From: a virus
Reading direction: 5' to 3' (one strand)
DNA length: 41,850 nt
IMG/VR virus record: IMGVR_UViG_3300045988_136506
Below are positions 1 through 7,323 of this stretch, one piece after another; the first letter of the stretch is position 1, and each line of letters begins with the position of its first letter. The notes under the pieces are model-generated. The model had not been told where the DNA came from and did not search any database. It saw only the letters and a list, made by a program, of their open reading frames with translations. The position numbers and the translations under genes were made by a program.

Positions 1-190
1 TAAAATCTGCTTCATAAAGTTCTATATCTTCTTTAGGAATTGCATCCATCATATTCCAGATTGATTCATATCCTGGAACTGTCATGCAGTAATATTCATA
101 AACCTTTTGCTTTTTTTCATCTTTGAAGGTTCTCTTAGTTGAACTCTTTTCACCAAAGATAGCTTTTAATAACCTTTCTTCTGGTGTCAT
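1..190 (-). CDS. N-terminal part of the wrap-around ORF (the same gene as 41484..41850); hypothetical protein, about 145 aa when the circle is closed
   Basis: A minus-strand ATG at 190 (MTPEERLLKAIFGEK...) is in frame with the internal Met at 85, which is the first residue of the 110-aa track ORF 41484..41816. Positions 1-119 are identical to 41732-41850, so the ORF continues across the junction. It starts 4 nt after the stop of the upstream gene, which ends at 194. Confidence 0.5.
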   Translation of the reverse strand, partial: MTPEERLLKAIFGEKSSTKRTFKDEKKQKVYEYYCMTVPGYESIWNMMDAIPKEDIELYEADF

Positions 191-193
191 AAA

Positions 194-658
194 TTAGTCC
201 TCAAATATATCAGTTATTTCGTATGTATTATAGCCTTTGTTATTAACACCGTACTTTAATGCATAAGATAATTTTTGTTGATCACAAGCTTCAGCAACAT
301 CCAGTAACATATTATTGTATTGGGCGTAATCTTCAAAGCCAATTTCAACTCCAGTATCTAAAGACTCTAAGAATTTATCCATTATATTAAGTTGGAATCC
401 TTGAGTTATAACTTGGTTCATGAATATAAATTGTCCTTTATATTCGCCTTCTTGAACTTTGAACCATAATGTAGCCATTGGATCACCATTCTTAGTTGCT
501 TTAACTTCAGCTTTTGTTAATTTAACTTCATATGTGTCATTAGCTGGTACTTCAACATAGTTACCACCTGTGTTTTCAGATGCACTTTTAATATCATCCT
601 TTAATCCATTTAAGTCGATTGACTTATTCCATTTTTCAAAAATATTTTCGTTTGCCAT
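194..658 (-). CDS. hypothetical protein; possibly an ssDNA-binding or recombination accessory protein (DUF669-like), given its position after the AAA_24 ATPase
   Basis: 154-aa ORF lying last in the leftward recombination block (AAA_24 ATPase, two small ORFs, then this). The family assignment comes only from context and composition; no motif is firmly recognised. Confidence 0.35.
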   Translation of the reverse strand: MANENIFEKWNKSIDLNGLKDDIKSASENTGGNYVEVPANDTYEVKLTKAEVKATKNGDPMATLWFKVQEGEYKGQFIFMNQVITQGFQLNIMDKFLESLDTGVEIGFEDYAQYNNMLLDVAEACDQQKLSYALKYGVNNKGYNTYEITDIFED

Positions 659-676
659 TTTAATTTCTCCTTTTCA

Positions 677-976
677 TTAATTTTTACTATATAGGCAATA
701 GTTTTGTTCTATTTTATCAAGTTTTCTTTTAGAAACTAGAGGTTTACGGATTTTGAATTTTCCCCTTATACAATCTTGTGTTGGGAATAAACTATCTGGT
801 TTTATAATCATATATCCATTTTCTCTTAAGTAAATATGATAGTCTTCTCTTAAAGCTTCCTTGATATCATCGTTGTTTTTAAATTTTTCAAACGCTTCTC
901 GCATTTGATATCCATCCATATAATATTTTTTAGTCATACAATTAAATCTCAATATCCAGTACTTCATCAACTTCAT
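677..976 (-). CDS. hypothetical protein
   Basis: 99-aa ORF collinear with the early genes; no recognisable motif. Confidence 0.4.
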   Translation of the reverse strand: MKLMKYWILRFNCMTKKYYMDGYQMREAFEKFKNNDDIKEALREDYHIYLRENGYMIIKPDSLFPTQDCIRGKFKIRKPLVSKRKLDKIEQNYCLYSKN

Positions 977-1160
977 CAGTAAACTCAGTAGGATTTTCGT
1001 TAATGTACTGAATTATATCTTCAGTAGTCCATTTTTCAGGGAACATTTCACTATCTAATTTAAATCTAATTGTTACATAACCATTAATTTCTTGAGCATT
1101 ATCATCAGGGGATGGATAATCTCCCACTGATAATGTATCTGAACTATCGTAGGTGTCCAT
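942..1160 (-). CDS. small, highly acidic hypothetical protein
   Basis: 72 aa, very rich in D/E (MDTYDSSDTLSVGDYPSPDDNAQE...EFTDEVDEVLDIEI). Its start overlaps the stop of the upstream nuclease-ATPase gene at 1160. Confidence 0.45.
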   Translation of the reverse strand: MDTYDSSDTLSVGDYPSPDDNAQEINGYVTIRFKLDSEMFPEKWTTEDIIQYINENPTEFTDEVDEVLDIEI

Positions 1161-2884
1161 TATTCAGCACTCCTAGATCTTCTAACTCTTCTAACTGGTG
1201 TAGCTACTTCAACAGGTGTATCTTCACTGTGAGCTTGAACTTCTTCAGCAGTTGGTTCTGGTCTTGGTTCAATTTTAGGCTCTTCAGTTCTAATTTCGCC
1301 ATAAGTACTTGAGTTTACAATTTTACCTGGTTGTTCACTATGAGCTTTTTTAAACTCTTCAACCTTATTCATATGAGCAGTGTTAGGTTTTTGGGCGTTT
1401 AGAGCTTCTTTATAAACTCCCATTAATGAATCCCAATTAAGCGGACATTCAGTTGTCTTAACGCCTTGTAAACGACCACCGCCAAAGATTACTTCATTTG
1501 GTTTAAATGTAAGCTTTCTAGTTCCATCACTTTCAACAACAACTCTACAAACCAAGTCAACCATACCAGCTATCTTATTTCTTAACTTTTCTTGTAAGTT
1601 AGGTGTAATAGCAGTGATCTTCTTATCCTTGGTCATAATATCTCTTGAAGTATCTTCATGTGATATAAGTACGATATTATAAGGTAAGTTGAGTAATCTC
1701 TTAATTGTTCTTAAAAACTCCGAACGAACTATATCGTAAGCTTTGAATGAATCATCACTTTCGTGCTCCCATCCGTTTTTATCACACATATATACACGGC
1801 AATAATCGTATTCATCTTCTAGTAAATCAACTACTATGGTTTTAAAATCTGAGCCTTTTTCAAGCTCGCTGATAGCTTCAGTAAATACTTCCCAAGCGTA
1901 TTTACGCTTTGTAATTCTTCCAGTAGTAGTTACTTCATCCTTGATTGGTAAACGTGGCATAGTAACGTATTTAACGTTTCCATCACTGTTTAAGTTAAGT
2001 GGTGTATCGGACTTATCAGCTAATGTAGTCTTTCCACTAAATGGTGCGCCATAAATCCATAATTTTACAAAGTTGCTTTGCGCAATGGCAACTCGATTTG
2101 TGCTTGGTAAATTCATATTTATTTCCTCCTTTATGTTCAATGAATCTCCATTTATACAGAATTCTTTAAACTCGCAAAAATCACACAATCTTGTTTTGTT
2201 TTTGGGATATTCTTTAGAATTTGTAATTTGATTTGTTAAATTTAGATATGATTGTAATTGTTCTTTATTATACGGAACATTTTTACATTCAATTGATTTA
2301 GAATTGAGCGTTTCAATAATACGCTTTCTGAATTGGCTTAATGTTTCAGTTTTCTTTTGTCTAGGTGCAATTTTAGGCAAGAACATGAATGTAAGTTGTG
2401 AAACTTTGATATTAAGTACTCTCTCACAATAGTATTTGTAAACGTGTAATTGTTTAGATTCCATATATCTATCTATGGCGTTTGAGTATTTAAAGTCAAT
2501 TATTCCATATGTTCCATTACCAACTGGATATAAATAGTCAATATATCCAACAAACGTTGGTGTTTCAATTTTTACTTCGTGTTTTCCATTTGGATAATTT
2601 GTTTCTAAGATTTGTTTTACTCTTGGAATTAAGTACTCCAGCTTAATAGCTTCTTCGATATGTTTATCGCTAATTACTGGATATGAGTTGTAATATTCTC
2701 GAATTGCTTCTTTTGGGTTGGTTTCAATACCTTTATGAATGGCAGTTCCTAGAATTAATGGTGATTGTGGATCATAATCATCATAAGTTTTAAGCTTATC
2801 AATATATCTTAGTTTGAATTGATAATTACACTTAGAATAGCAGTCAACTTTTGAATATGAGAATTGCATATTAGGAATATCCAC
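1160..2884 (-). CDS. fusion protein: N-terminal Cas4/RecB-like PD-(D/E)XK nuclease with a 4-Cys cluster, plus C-terminal AAA_24 (Sak4-like) P-loop ATPase
   Basis: Cys at aa 15 and 19 (CYSKC) plus C-x2-C-x5-C (CDFCEFKEFC) is the typical Cas4 Fe-S arrangement. The C-terminal half carries a Walker A motif, IYGAPFSGKTTLADK. The ORF is 574 aa and is preceded by the RBS GGAGTGG. Confidence 0.7.
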   Translation of the reverse strand: MDIPNMQFSYSKVDCYSKCNYQFKLRYIDKLKTYDDYDPQSPLILGTAIHKGIETNPKEAIREYYNSYPVISDKHIEEAIKLEYLIPRVKQILETNYPNGKHEVKIETPTFVGYIDYLYPVGNGTYGIIDFKYSNAIDRYMESKQLHVYKYYCERVLNIKVSQLTFMFLPKIAPRQKKTETLSQFRKRIIETLNSKSIECKNVPYNKEQLQSYLNLTNQITNSKEYPKNKTRLCDFCEFKEFCINGDSLNIKEEINMNLPSTNRVAIAQSNFVKLWIYGAPFSGKTTLADKSDTPLNLNSDGNVKYVTMPRLPIKDEVTTTGRITKRKYAWEVFTEAISELEKGSDFKTIVVDLLEDEYDYCRVYMCDKNGWEHESDDSFKAYDIVRSEFLRTIKRLLNLPYNIVLISHEDTSRDIMTKDKKITAITPNLQEKLRNKIAGMVDLVCRVVVESDGTRKLTFKPNEVIFGGGRLQGVKTTECPLNWDSLMGVYKEALNAQKPNTAHMNKVEEFKKAHSEQPGKIVNSSTYGEIRTEEPKIEPRPEPTAEEVQAHSEDTPVEVATPVRRVRRSRSAE

Positions 2885-2888
2885 TCCT

Positions 2889-2912
2889 ATTTGTCACTAT
2901 ATTTGTCACTAT
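2889..2912 (-). repeat. two perfect tandem 12-bp direct repeats (TTGTCACTATAT x2 on +; ATAGTGACAAAT x2 on -) between the promoter and the RBS of the nuclease-ATPase gene
   Basis: Read directly: tttgtcactatatttgtcactatatt. The units contain a GTGACAA/TTGTCAC half-site resembling the switch-operator half-sites. Confidence 0.6.
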
Positions 2913-2963
2913 ATTTTCTCCTTTCTAGTATCAATTAATATAAATTAATATCAACTTTTGTAA

Positions 2964-2996
2964 ACTAATTATATAAAATGTTATTTATAATGTCAA
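2964..2996 (-). promoter_or_regulatory. consensus sigma-70-type promoter (TTGACA-17-TATAAT) driving the Cas4-AAA_24 operon
   Basis: Minus-strand read: TTGACA (complement of 2991-2996), a 17-nt spacer ttataaataacatttta, then TATAAT (complement of 2968-2973). Confidence 0.6.
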
Positions 2997-3398
2997 TAGT
3001 TTTTCACACAAACTTTTAAATTGTTCAAAATCCCAAACTGGTATGTGTTTATATTCAGGATAAGTGTTTTTAATCCAATTGATTAACTTTAGTTTAGTTT
3101 CATATTTTTCTACTAATATAAATCCAATAGATGATTTAGTAATTAGATCTAAATTCTTAAGTTGCAACAAAGATGGTTTCCCATTGGGTGCTTTAAGTTC
3201 AGCTTCTATTGAGTTACCATGCAGAACTATGTGTAGGTCTGGTAATCCAGCTTTAGCAAACTGTCCACCACCCCAACGCTTCTCCCAGTAACCTGTAACA
3301 GGTAAGGTGATATCTTGATTAGGCGTGCCAAAGTTATAGCATCCAATAGTTGTTAAATAATCTTTTACTTTATTCTCGAATCGTTTCTCCTGAGCCAT
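2985..3398 (-). CDS. VRR-NUC domain nuclease (PD-(D/E)XK)
   Basis: 137 aa carrying the motif GLPDLHIVLHGNSIEAELK (G-x-PD ... E-x-K). It lies directly downstream of the SNF2 gene, the usual phage SNF2/VRR-NUC pairing. Confidence 0.7.
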   Translation of the reverse strand: MAQEKRFENKVKDYLTTIGCYNFGTPNQDITLPVTGYWEKRWGGGQFAKAGLPDLHIVLHGNSIEAELKAPNGKPSLLQLKNLDLITKSSIGFILVEKYETKLKLINWIKNTYPEYKHIPVWDFEQFKSLCEKLLTL

Positions 3399-3408
3399 TA
3401 ATTTCCCC

Positions 3409-3738
3409 TTAACGAATTAATAAAATTAGTGTATGAGAATTTTCCATAACTGTAAAATAGATTTTAGTTGCATCTAAATTAAACATTTTTAACTTATGTA
3501 TTAAAGCGTAATAAAAAGTGTTATCTTCTCCAATTGAATATACACCAATAAATGGATTTGATCGTTTTGGATTAATCATATCATATAAAATAACGGAACT
3601 GACTTGTTTAATCATTGTATCAAGAAAATAATACTGGATATCATTAGGTAACATTGGAAGTGATAATAAACGTATTTCTCCAGCTTCATAATCGTTCCAT
3701 ATTTCAATAGCATTGTTTTTACTAGCGTATGTTTTCAT
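3409..3738 (-). CDS. hypothetical protein
   Basis: 109-aa ORF in the early operon. Confidence 0.4.
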   Translation of the reverse strand: MKTYASKNNAIEIWNDYEAGEIRLLSLPMLPNDIQYYFLDTMIKQVSSVILYDMINPKRSNPFIGVYSIGEDNTFYYALIHKLKMFNLDATKIYFTVMENSHTLILLIR

Positions 3739-3949
3739 ATTTACTTACCTTTATATCTAATTCTCTATATTTTTCAAATAAAGCATGATATGCACTTTCT
3801 AATCTTTCTAAATAATCTAATGTACTTTTTAATTTATTATATAAAATTTCATTTTTAGTTTTTGGTACTTGATTATATAAATTATCTAAAGCTTCTCTAT
3901 TTGTCATTTTCTTTAACATCCAGCCAGTCAATAACTTCTTCAATATCAT
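3722..3949 (-). CDS. hypothetical protein
   Basis: 75-aa ORF whose start and stop overlap its neighbours, suggesting an operon. Confidence 0.35.
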   Translation of the reverse strand: MILKKLLTGWMLKKMTNREALDNLYNQVPKTKNEILYNKLKSTLDYLERLESAYHALFEKYRELDIKVSKYENIR

Positions 3950-4295
3950 CTAAAATTTCATCTATTGTCCTCTGTATACCATAAATATTTATATTAGGCG
4001 AATAATCATCATAATGTCCATAATCCCAACCAACATATTTCTTAGATAAAATATCTTCGTATTCAGGAAACTTGTTTAGCCAATGTAATAATGTATTATA
4101 AAAAGTAAATCCACCATGAGCTGGTTCATCTCCATTATTATTTTCATAATAATTAATATTTGATTCAACATATGCACATGGGTGCAAACCTCTAAGATTT
4201 AAAATTACAAAAGTCTTTCCTTTATAGTCTCCCATTGATAAAATTTCAACTTTATCATTTCCATAGTGCATCTCGTTTTTAAATTTAATGTTCAT
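3897..4295 (-). CDS. hypothetical protein
   Basis: 132-aa ORF that overlaps the SNF2 stop by 11 nt. Confidence 0.4.
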   Translation of the reverse strand: MNIKFKNEMHYGNDKVEILSMGDYKGKTFVILNLRGLHPCAYVESNINYYENNNGDEPAHGGFTFYNTLLHWLNKFPEYEDILSKKYVGWDYGHYDDYSPNINIYGIQRTIDEILDDIEEVIDWLDVKENDK

Positions 4296-5574
4296 TTTTC
4301 ATTTCCTCCTTAAATAAATCTTCTGTGTAATTTTTTCTTTCCTCCAACGTATTGTAAATACTCCATTCAATACCACTAATTAATTTATAGTAGATGCAGT
4401 TATCTACAGTTCCAATTCTATGAATTCTCTTCTTGGATTGCTCAAATAACTCACTACTTAAAGTTGGGCTAAAATAAATAATCTTGTTGCACTTTTGTAA
4501 GTTATGCCCCATTGAACCACTTTGATATTGACACAGTGTAATTGAGTTAGATTCGTTCTCATAAGCTGTTTTATCCTTAACCTTGCCATTGATATAGGAT
4601 ATTGGTCTATCCTCAGGTATAACGCTTTTAATGGCTTCTAACTCGATATCGAAGTTGTAAAAAATAATAAGTCTATCTTGAGTGGATTCAATTAAATCTT
4701 GTAAGGCTTGAATTTTATCAGGATTATATGCACTCGATAATTGTCTCGCATATAATAACTTATTAAGAGTTGTATCACCGACTAGCTCTTTACCATCTAC
4801 TTCAACTAAAGAGTGTTTCATAAAATTTTTATAAAGTTTGGTTTCTTTAATTGCTTTAGTAATAAATCTTTGTTCTGGTAAGTCTATAACTTCATCCGTT
4901 CTTTTAAAGAAACATCCATATTCTCTTAATTTACGTTTTAAACGTTCAACGTTTTTATATCCAACTATTTTAGGGAATCCATCTTCAGTATATTCATATA
5001 TACAGTATTGGCTTTGGAATAGCTGTTTTGAAATACTCCATCCAAGTAAATGGATTTGAGATAATAGATTTTCATACTTTCCACCAACTGGTGTTCCAGA
5101 TAATAATATTACGTTGGTTGGATTAAGCTTTTTAAGTATGAATTTTGAGCGTTTAGAAGTGTCATTTTGAATTAGGGATGATTCATCTAGCATGAGTGTA
5201 AAGTCCGTTAGAGTGGCTAATTCAGGTCTTCTCCAAACTAAATCATAGTTGATAACAAATACATACAACGATTTATTATGCAAATCATTCTTTGAAGTTG
5301 GATCATTACTGAACGCTAACCAATCAGTTTTATCCCATTTAGTACAATCGTAAATCATTAAGTTATTTTCTAACTCATAATGTTCAGTAAAATGGTCTAC
5401 CCAGTCATCAACTTTAGACTTCTGACATATCACCAAAATGTTTTTGTGTAGGCTCACTGCTTTCTCTGATCCAATAAAAGTTTTTCCAAGTCCCATATCA
5501 TAATAGTAAGCTACCTTAGTTAAACCTTTAGATTCTTCAAGTACTTCAGCTTGGTGCTTCATGAGCTTAACCAT
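4285..5574 (-). CDS. SNF2-family (DEAD/DEAH-like) ATPase/helicase
   Basis: Motif I MGLGKTFIG, motif II LMLDESS, and a C-terminal helicase block SMGHNLQKCNKIIYF...SKKRIHRIGT. Total 429 aa. Confidence 0.75.
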   Translation of the reverse strand: MVKLMKHQAEVLEESKGLTKVAYYYDMGLGKTFIGSEKAVSLHKNILVICQKSKVDDWVDHFTEHYELENNLMIYDCTKWDKTDWLAFSNDPTSKNDLHNKSLYVFVINYDLVWRRPELATLTDFTLMLDESSLIQNDTSKRSKFILKKLNPTNVILLSGTPVGGKYENLLSQIHLLGWSISKQLFQSQYCIYEYTEDGFPKIVGYKNVERLKRKLREYGCFFKRTDEVIDLPEQRFITKAIKETKLYKNFMKHSLVEVDGKELVGDTTLNKLLYARQLSSAYNPDKIQALQDLIESTQDRLIIFYNFDIELEAIKSVIPEDRPISYINGKVKDKTAYENESNSITLCQYQSGSMGHNLQKCNKIIYFSPTLSSELFEQSKKRIHRIGTVDNCIYYKLISGIEWSIYNTLEERKNYTEDLFKEEMKNEH

Positions 5575-5593
5575 TTATATCACCACCTTTCTA

Positions 5594-5785
5594 TTATTCA
5601 GTTTCAATTTTTTGTATTAATGTATTTAAATTCTCAATGTGAGTACGCATAGCCTCAGAATACCCATGAAAGTAATTTATATCACTATCTTTATAAAAGT
5701 TACTATGTAAAACAGTATGTGTGATTCCATCCTTACATAATTCAACTAAATAATTTAATTCTTTAACTATTTCTTTGTTTGTCAT
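5594..5785 (-). CDS. hypothetical protein
   Basis: 63-aa ORF. Confidence 0.35.
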   Translation of the reverse strand: MTNKEIVKELNYLVELCKDGITHTVLHSNFYKDSDINYFHGYSEAMRTHIENLNTLIQKIETE

Positions 5786-5930
5786 TAATATATTCCTCCA
5801 GTTTGTCTTCTCTAATTTTAATTGAGCCGATTTTAACAGCTTCTAAGTTTCCCTTTTTAATCTCATCATAAACAAAGTTACGATTTACTTTTAACATTTT
5901 GGCTACTTCAGTAACAGTGTACAGTAACAT
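5760..5930 (-). CDS. small HTH DNA-binding protein (excisionase / MerR-type HTH_17-like); not in the ORF track because it is under 60 aa
   Basis: Hand translation gives MLLYTVTEVAKMLKVNRNFVYDEIKKGNLEAVKIGSIKIREDKLEEYINDKQRNS. An AGGAGG RBS lies 5 nt upstream. It starts 1 nt after the Cro-like stop. Confidence 0.55.
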
Positions 5931-6134
5931 CTATTCCTCCTCAAAAAATAAAGTCCAGTCAAAACCTAAATAGTTTGCAATAGCTTTGGCACTTCTAATT
6001 GATGGCTTTATAAGTCCAATTTCAATAGAGCCAATTGTAGATCTAGTGATAATACCTAATTCATCAGCTAATTTTTCTTGAGTTATTCCAGCTTCTTTAC
6101 GTTTTGAAATCATTAATTTAACGCCTTTTGTCAT
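5931..6134 (-). CDS. Cro-like XRE-family HTH regulator; first gene of the leftward early operon
   Basis: HTH motif EAGITQEKLADELGIITRSTIGSIEIG. The start is most likely the second Met (MTKGVK) at 6134, behind the RBS AAAGGGGGTGA. The protein is a 67-aa HTH-only product, which favours Cro over CI. Confidence 0.6.
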   Translation of the reverse strand: MTKGVKLMISKRKEAGITQEKLADELGIITRSTIGSIEIGLIKPSIRSAKAIANYLGFDWTLFFEEE

Positions 6135-6148
6135 CTTTTCACCCCCTT

Positions 6149-6313
6149 TCATTGAATAATTTTTTCAATATGTAAAATACCTAGAAAACGTTTAATGTTT
6201 TCAAGGGTATTACATCTCTTAGAAATGTTTACGAAAATCTCCCCATTTGATTTTTTGATAACAAAATAGTTATCATTAGATATGCAGTCAACTATATACT
6301 TTTGTGTGTTCAT
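6149..6313 (-). CDS. small hypothetical protein (54 aa) immediately upstream of the Cro-like gene
   Basis: Hand translation gives MNTQKYIVDCISNDNYFVIKKSNGEIFVNISKRCNTLENIKRFLGILHIEKIIQ, behind the RBS AAGGAGG. It is under 60 aa and so absent from the track. Confidence 0.4.
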   Translation of the reverse strand: MNTQKYIVDCISNDNYFVIKKSNGEIFVNISKRCNTLENIKRFLGILHIEKIIQ

Positions 6314-6370
6314 GATTGTGCCTCCTTGTATATGTTTTTTTAACTGTCACGTGTTATTTGCAATAACCCC

Positions 6371-6414
6371 TTGACAGCTTTTATTATACCATTTACAATG
6401 ACATTGTCAATAAC
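6371..6414. promoter_or_regulatory. genetic-switch region: rightward promoter TTGACA-17-TACAAT overlapped by the palindromic operator TGACATTGTCA, with a divergent leftward promoter on the other strand
   Basis: TTGACA at 6371-6376, a 17-nt spacer, TACAAT at 6394-6399. The perfect inverted repeat TGACA-T-TGTCA spans 6399-6409 and is followed by TTTGTCAA. On the minus strand TTGACA (complement of 6405-6410), 16 nt and TATAAT form a face-to-face promoter. Confidence 0.55.
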
Positions 6415-6477
6415 ATTTGTCAAAAATAATAACAATTTAGAAAAAATTAGTTGGGTTTTTGAAAGGTGGTGATAAAT

Positions 6478-6936
6478 ATGGAAACCAACAAAAAATTACA
6501 AGAACTAAGAAAACTCAAGGGTTATAGTCAATCAGAGCTAGCTAAGTTAGTTGGTGTATCCAGAAGTGCAATCGCTGGATATGAAAACGGCTACACTCAG
6601 CCAAGCTTAGAGATACTTTGTAAGCTATGTGAGATATTCAATATATCCATAGATTCATTAATGGATTTTGACAATGTAAATCCTGATAAAGATAAAGTTT
6701 TAAAAAGGTCAAATATAAGAGCTATCAAACCTAAAAAAGTACGTAAAGATAGATCAACCAAAATTAAACAAGTTGTTGTTGTAGAAGTAGATAAAGTTTT
6801 AGATAATCTATATGAAGAAATGATTAAAGCCAACAAAGTCAGTATTAATAAAAAAGATTTAACCAAGGAACAAAAAGAGTTTGTCTTAAAAATAATCAAA
6901 AACACTAACCAATTACTAAGTGAGCTTTATGCTTAG
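6478..6936 (+). CDS. CI-like repressor: XRE HTH N-terminal domain with a ~90-aa C-terminal extension
   Basis: HTH motif LKGYSQSELAKLVGVSRSAIAGYENG. The RBS AAAGGTGGTGA precedes the ATG at 6478. The protein is longer than a Cro and sits on the same strand as, and just upstream of, the integrase, which is the classic repressor-int lysogeny arrangement. Confidence 0.6.
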   Translation: METNKKLQELRKLKGYSQSELAKLVGVSRSAIAGYENGYTQPSLEILCKLCEIFNISIDSLMDFDNVNPDKDKVLKRSNIRAIKPKKVRKDRSTKIKQVVVVEVDKVLDNLYEEMIKANKVSINKKDLTKEQKEFVLKIIKNTNQLLSELYA

Positions 6937-7304
6937 GTAAGGGTTGGTAAGGATTGGTAAGGGTTATTTTGATAAACCCTTACCTTAAAAAAAACCTATT
7001 TTTAGGGCTTTTTTAACAAAAAGGTAAGAGGTAAGTGTTAATAGTTAATTTCTTTTATATATTATTTATAAAACTATTAAATTATGGAAATCATTATAAT
7101 GAATACATATATAATATAAATAATAAAGAAATATATAATAGTAACTCTTACCACTTACCTTTTTTTATCAAAAATCGGACTTTTTTGGCTTAAAAAGGCT
7201 AAAAATTGACTAAAAATATCATTTTTTTAAGGTAAGAGTTCGTATAAAAAACACTTACTTTAACCCTTACCGAACACTTACCAACTCTTACTAACACTTA
7301 CTTT
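6936..7304. repeat. repeat region A: 14 copies of a GGTAAG(G/A/T)GTT decamer (both orientations) flanking an AT-rich ~100-bp core, directly upstream of the int RBS
   Basis: Forward copies at 6936, 6946, 6956, 7023, 7030 and 7231. Reverse copies (AACNCTTACC) at 6975, 7144, 7153, 7251, 7262, 7274, 7284 and 7295; the last five are phased at about 10-12 bp. An inverted pair GGTAAGGGTT-9nt-AACCCTTACC lies at 6956-6984. The AT-rich core is 7040-7140. Confidence 0.8.
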
Positions 7305-7323
7305 TAAGGAGGTTTTAATAAAA

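Noticed and set aside
6956-7010. The GGTAAGGGTT-9nt-AACCCTTACC palindrome read as the terminator of the CI-like gene
   Set aside because: The stem is followed by an A-run on the plus strand, not a U-run, so it is not a canonical intrinsic terminator. It is better explained as part of the repeat array.
6936-7304. Possibility that the GGTAAGNGTT repeat regions are CRISPR arrays
   Set aside because: The units are only 10 bp and occur in both orientations with irregular spacing. There is no spacer periodicity and no cas genes.
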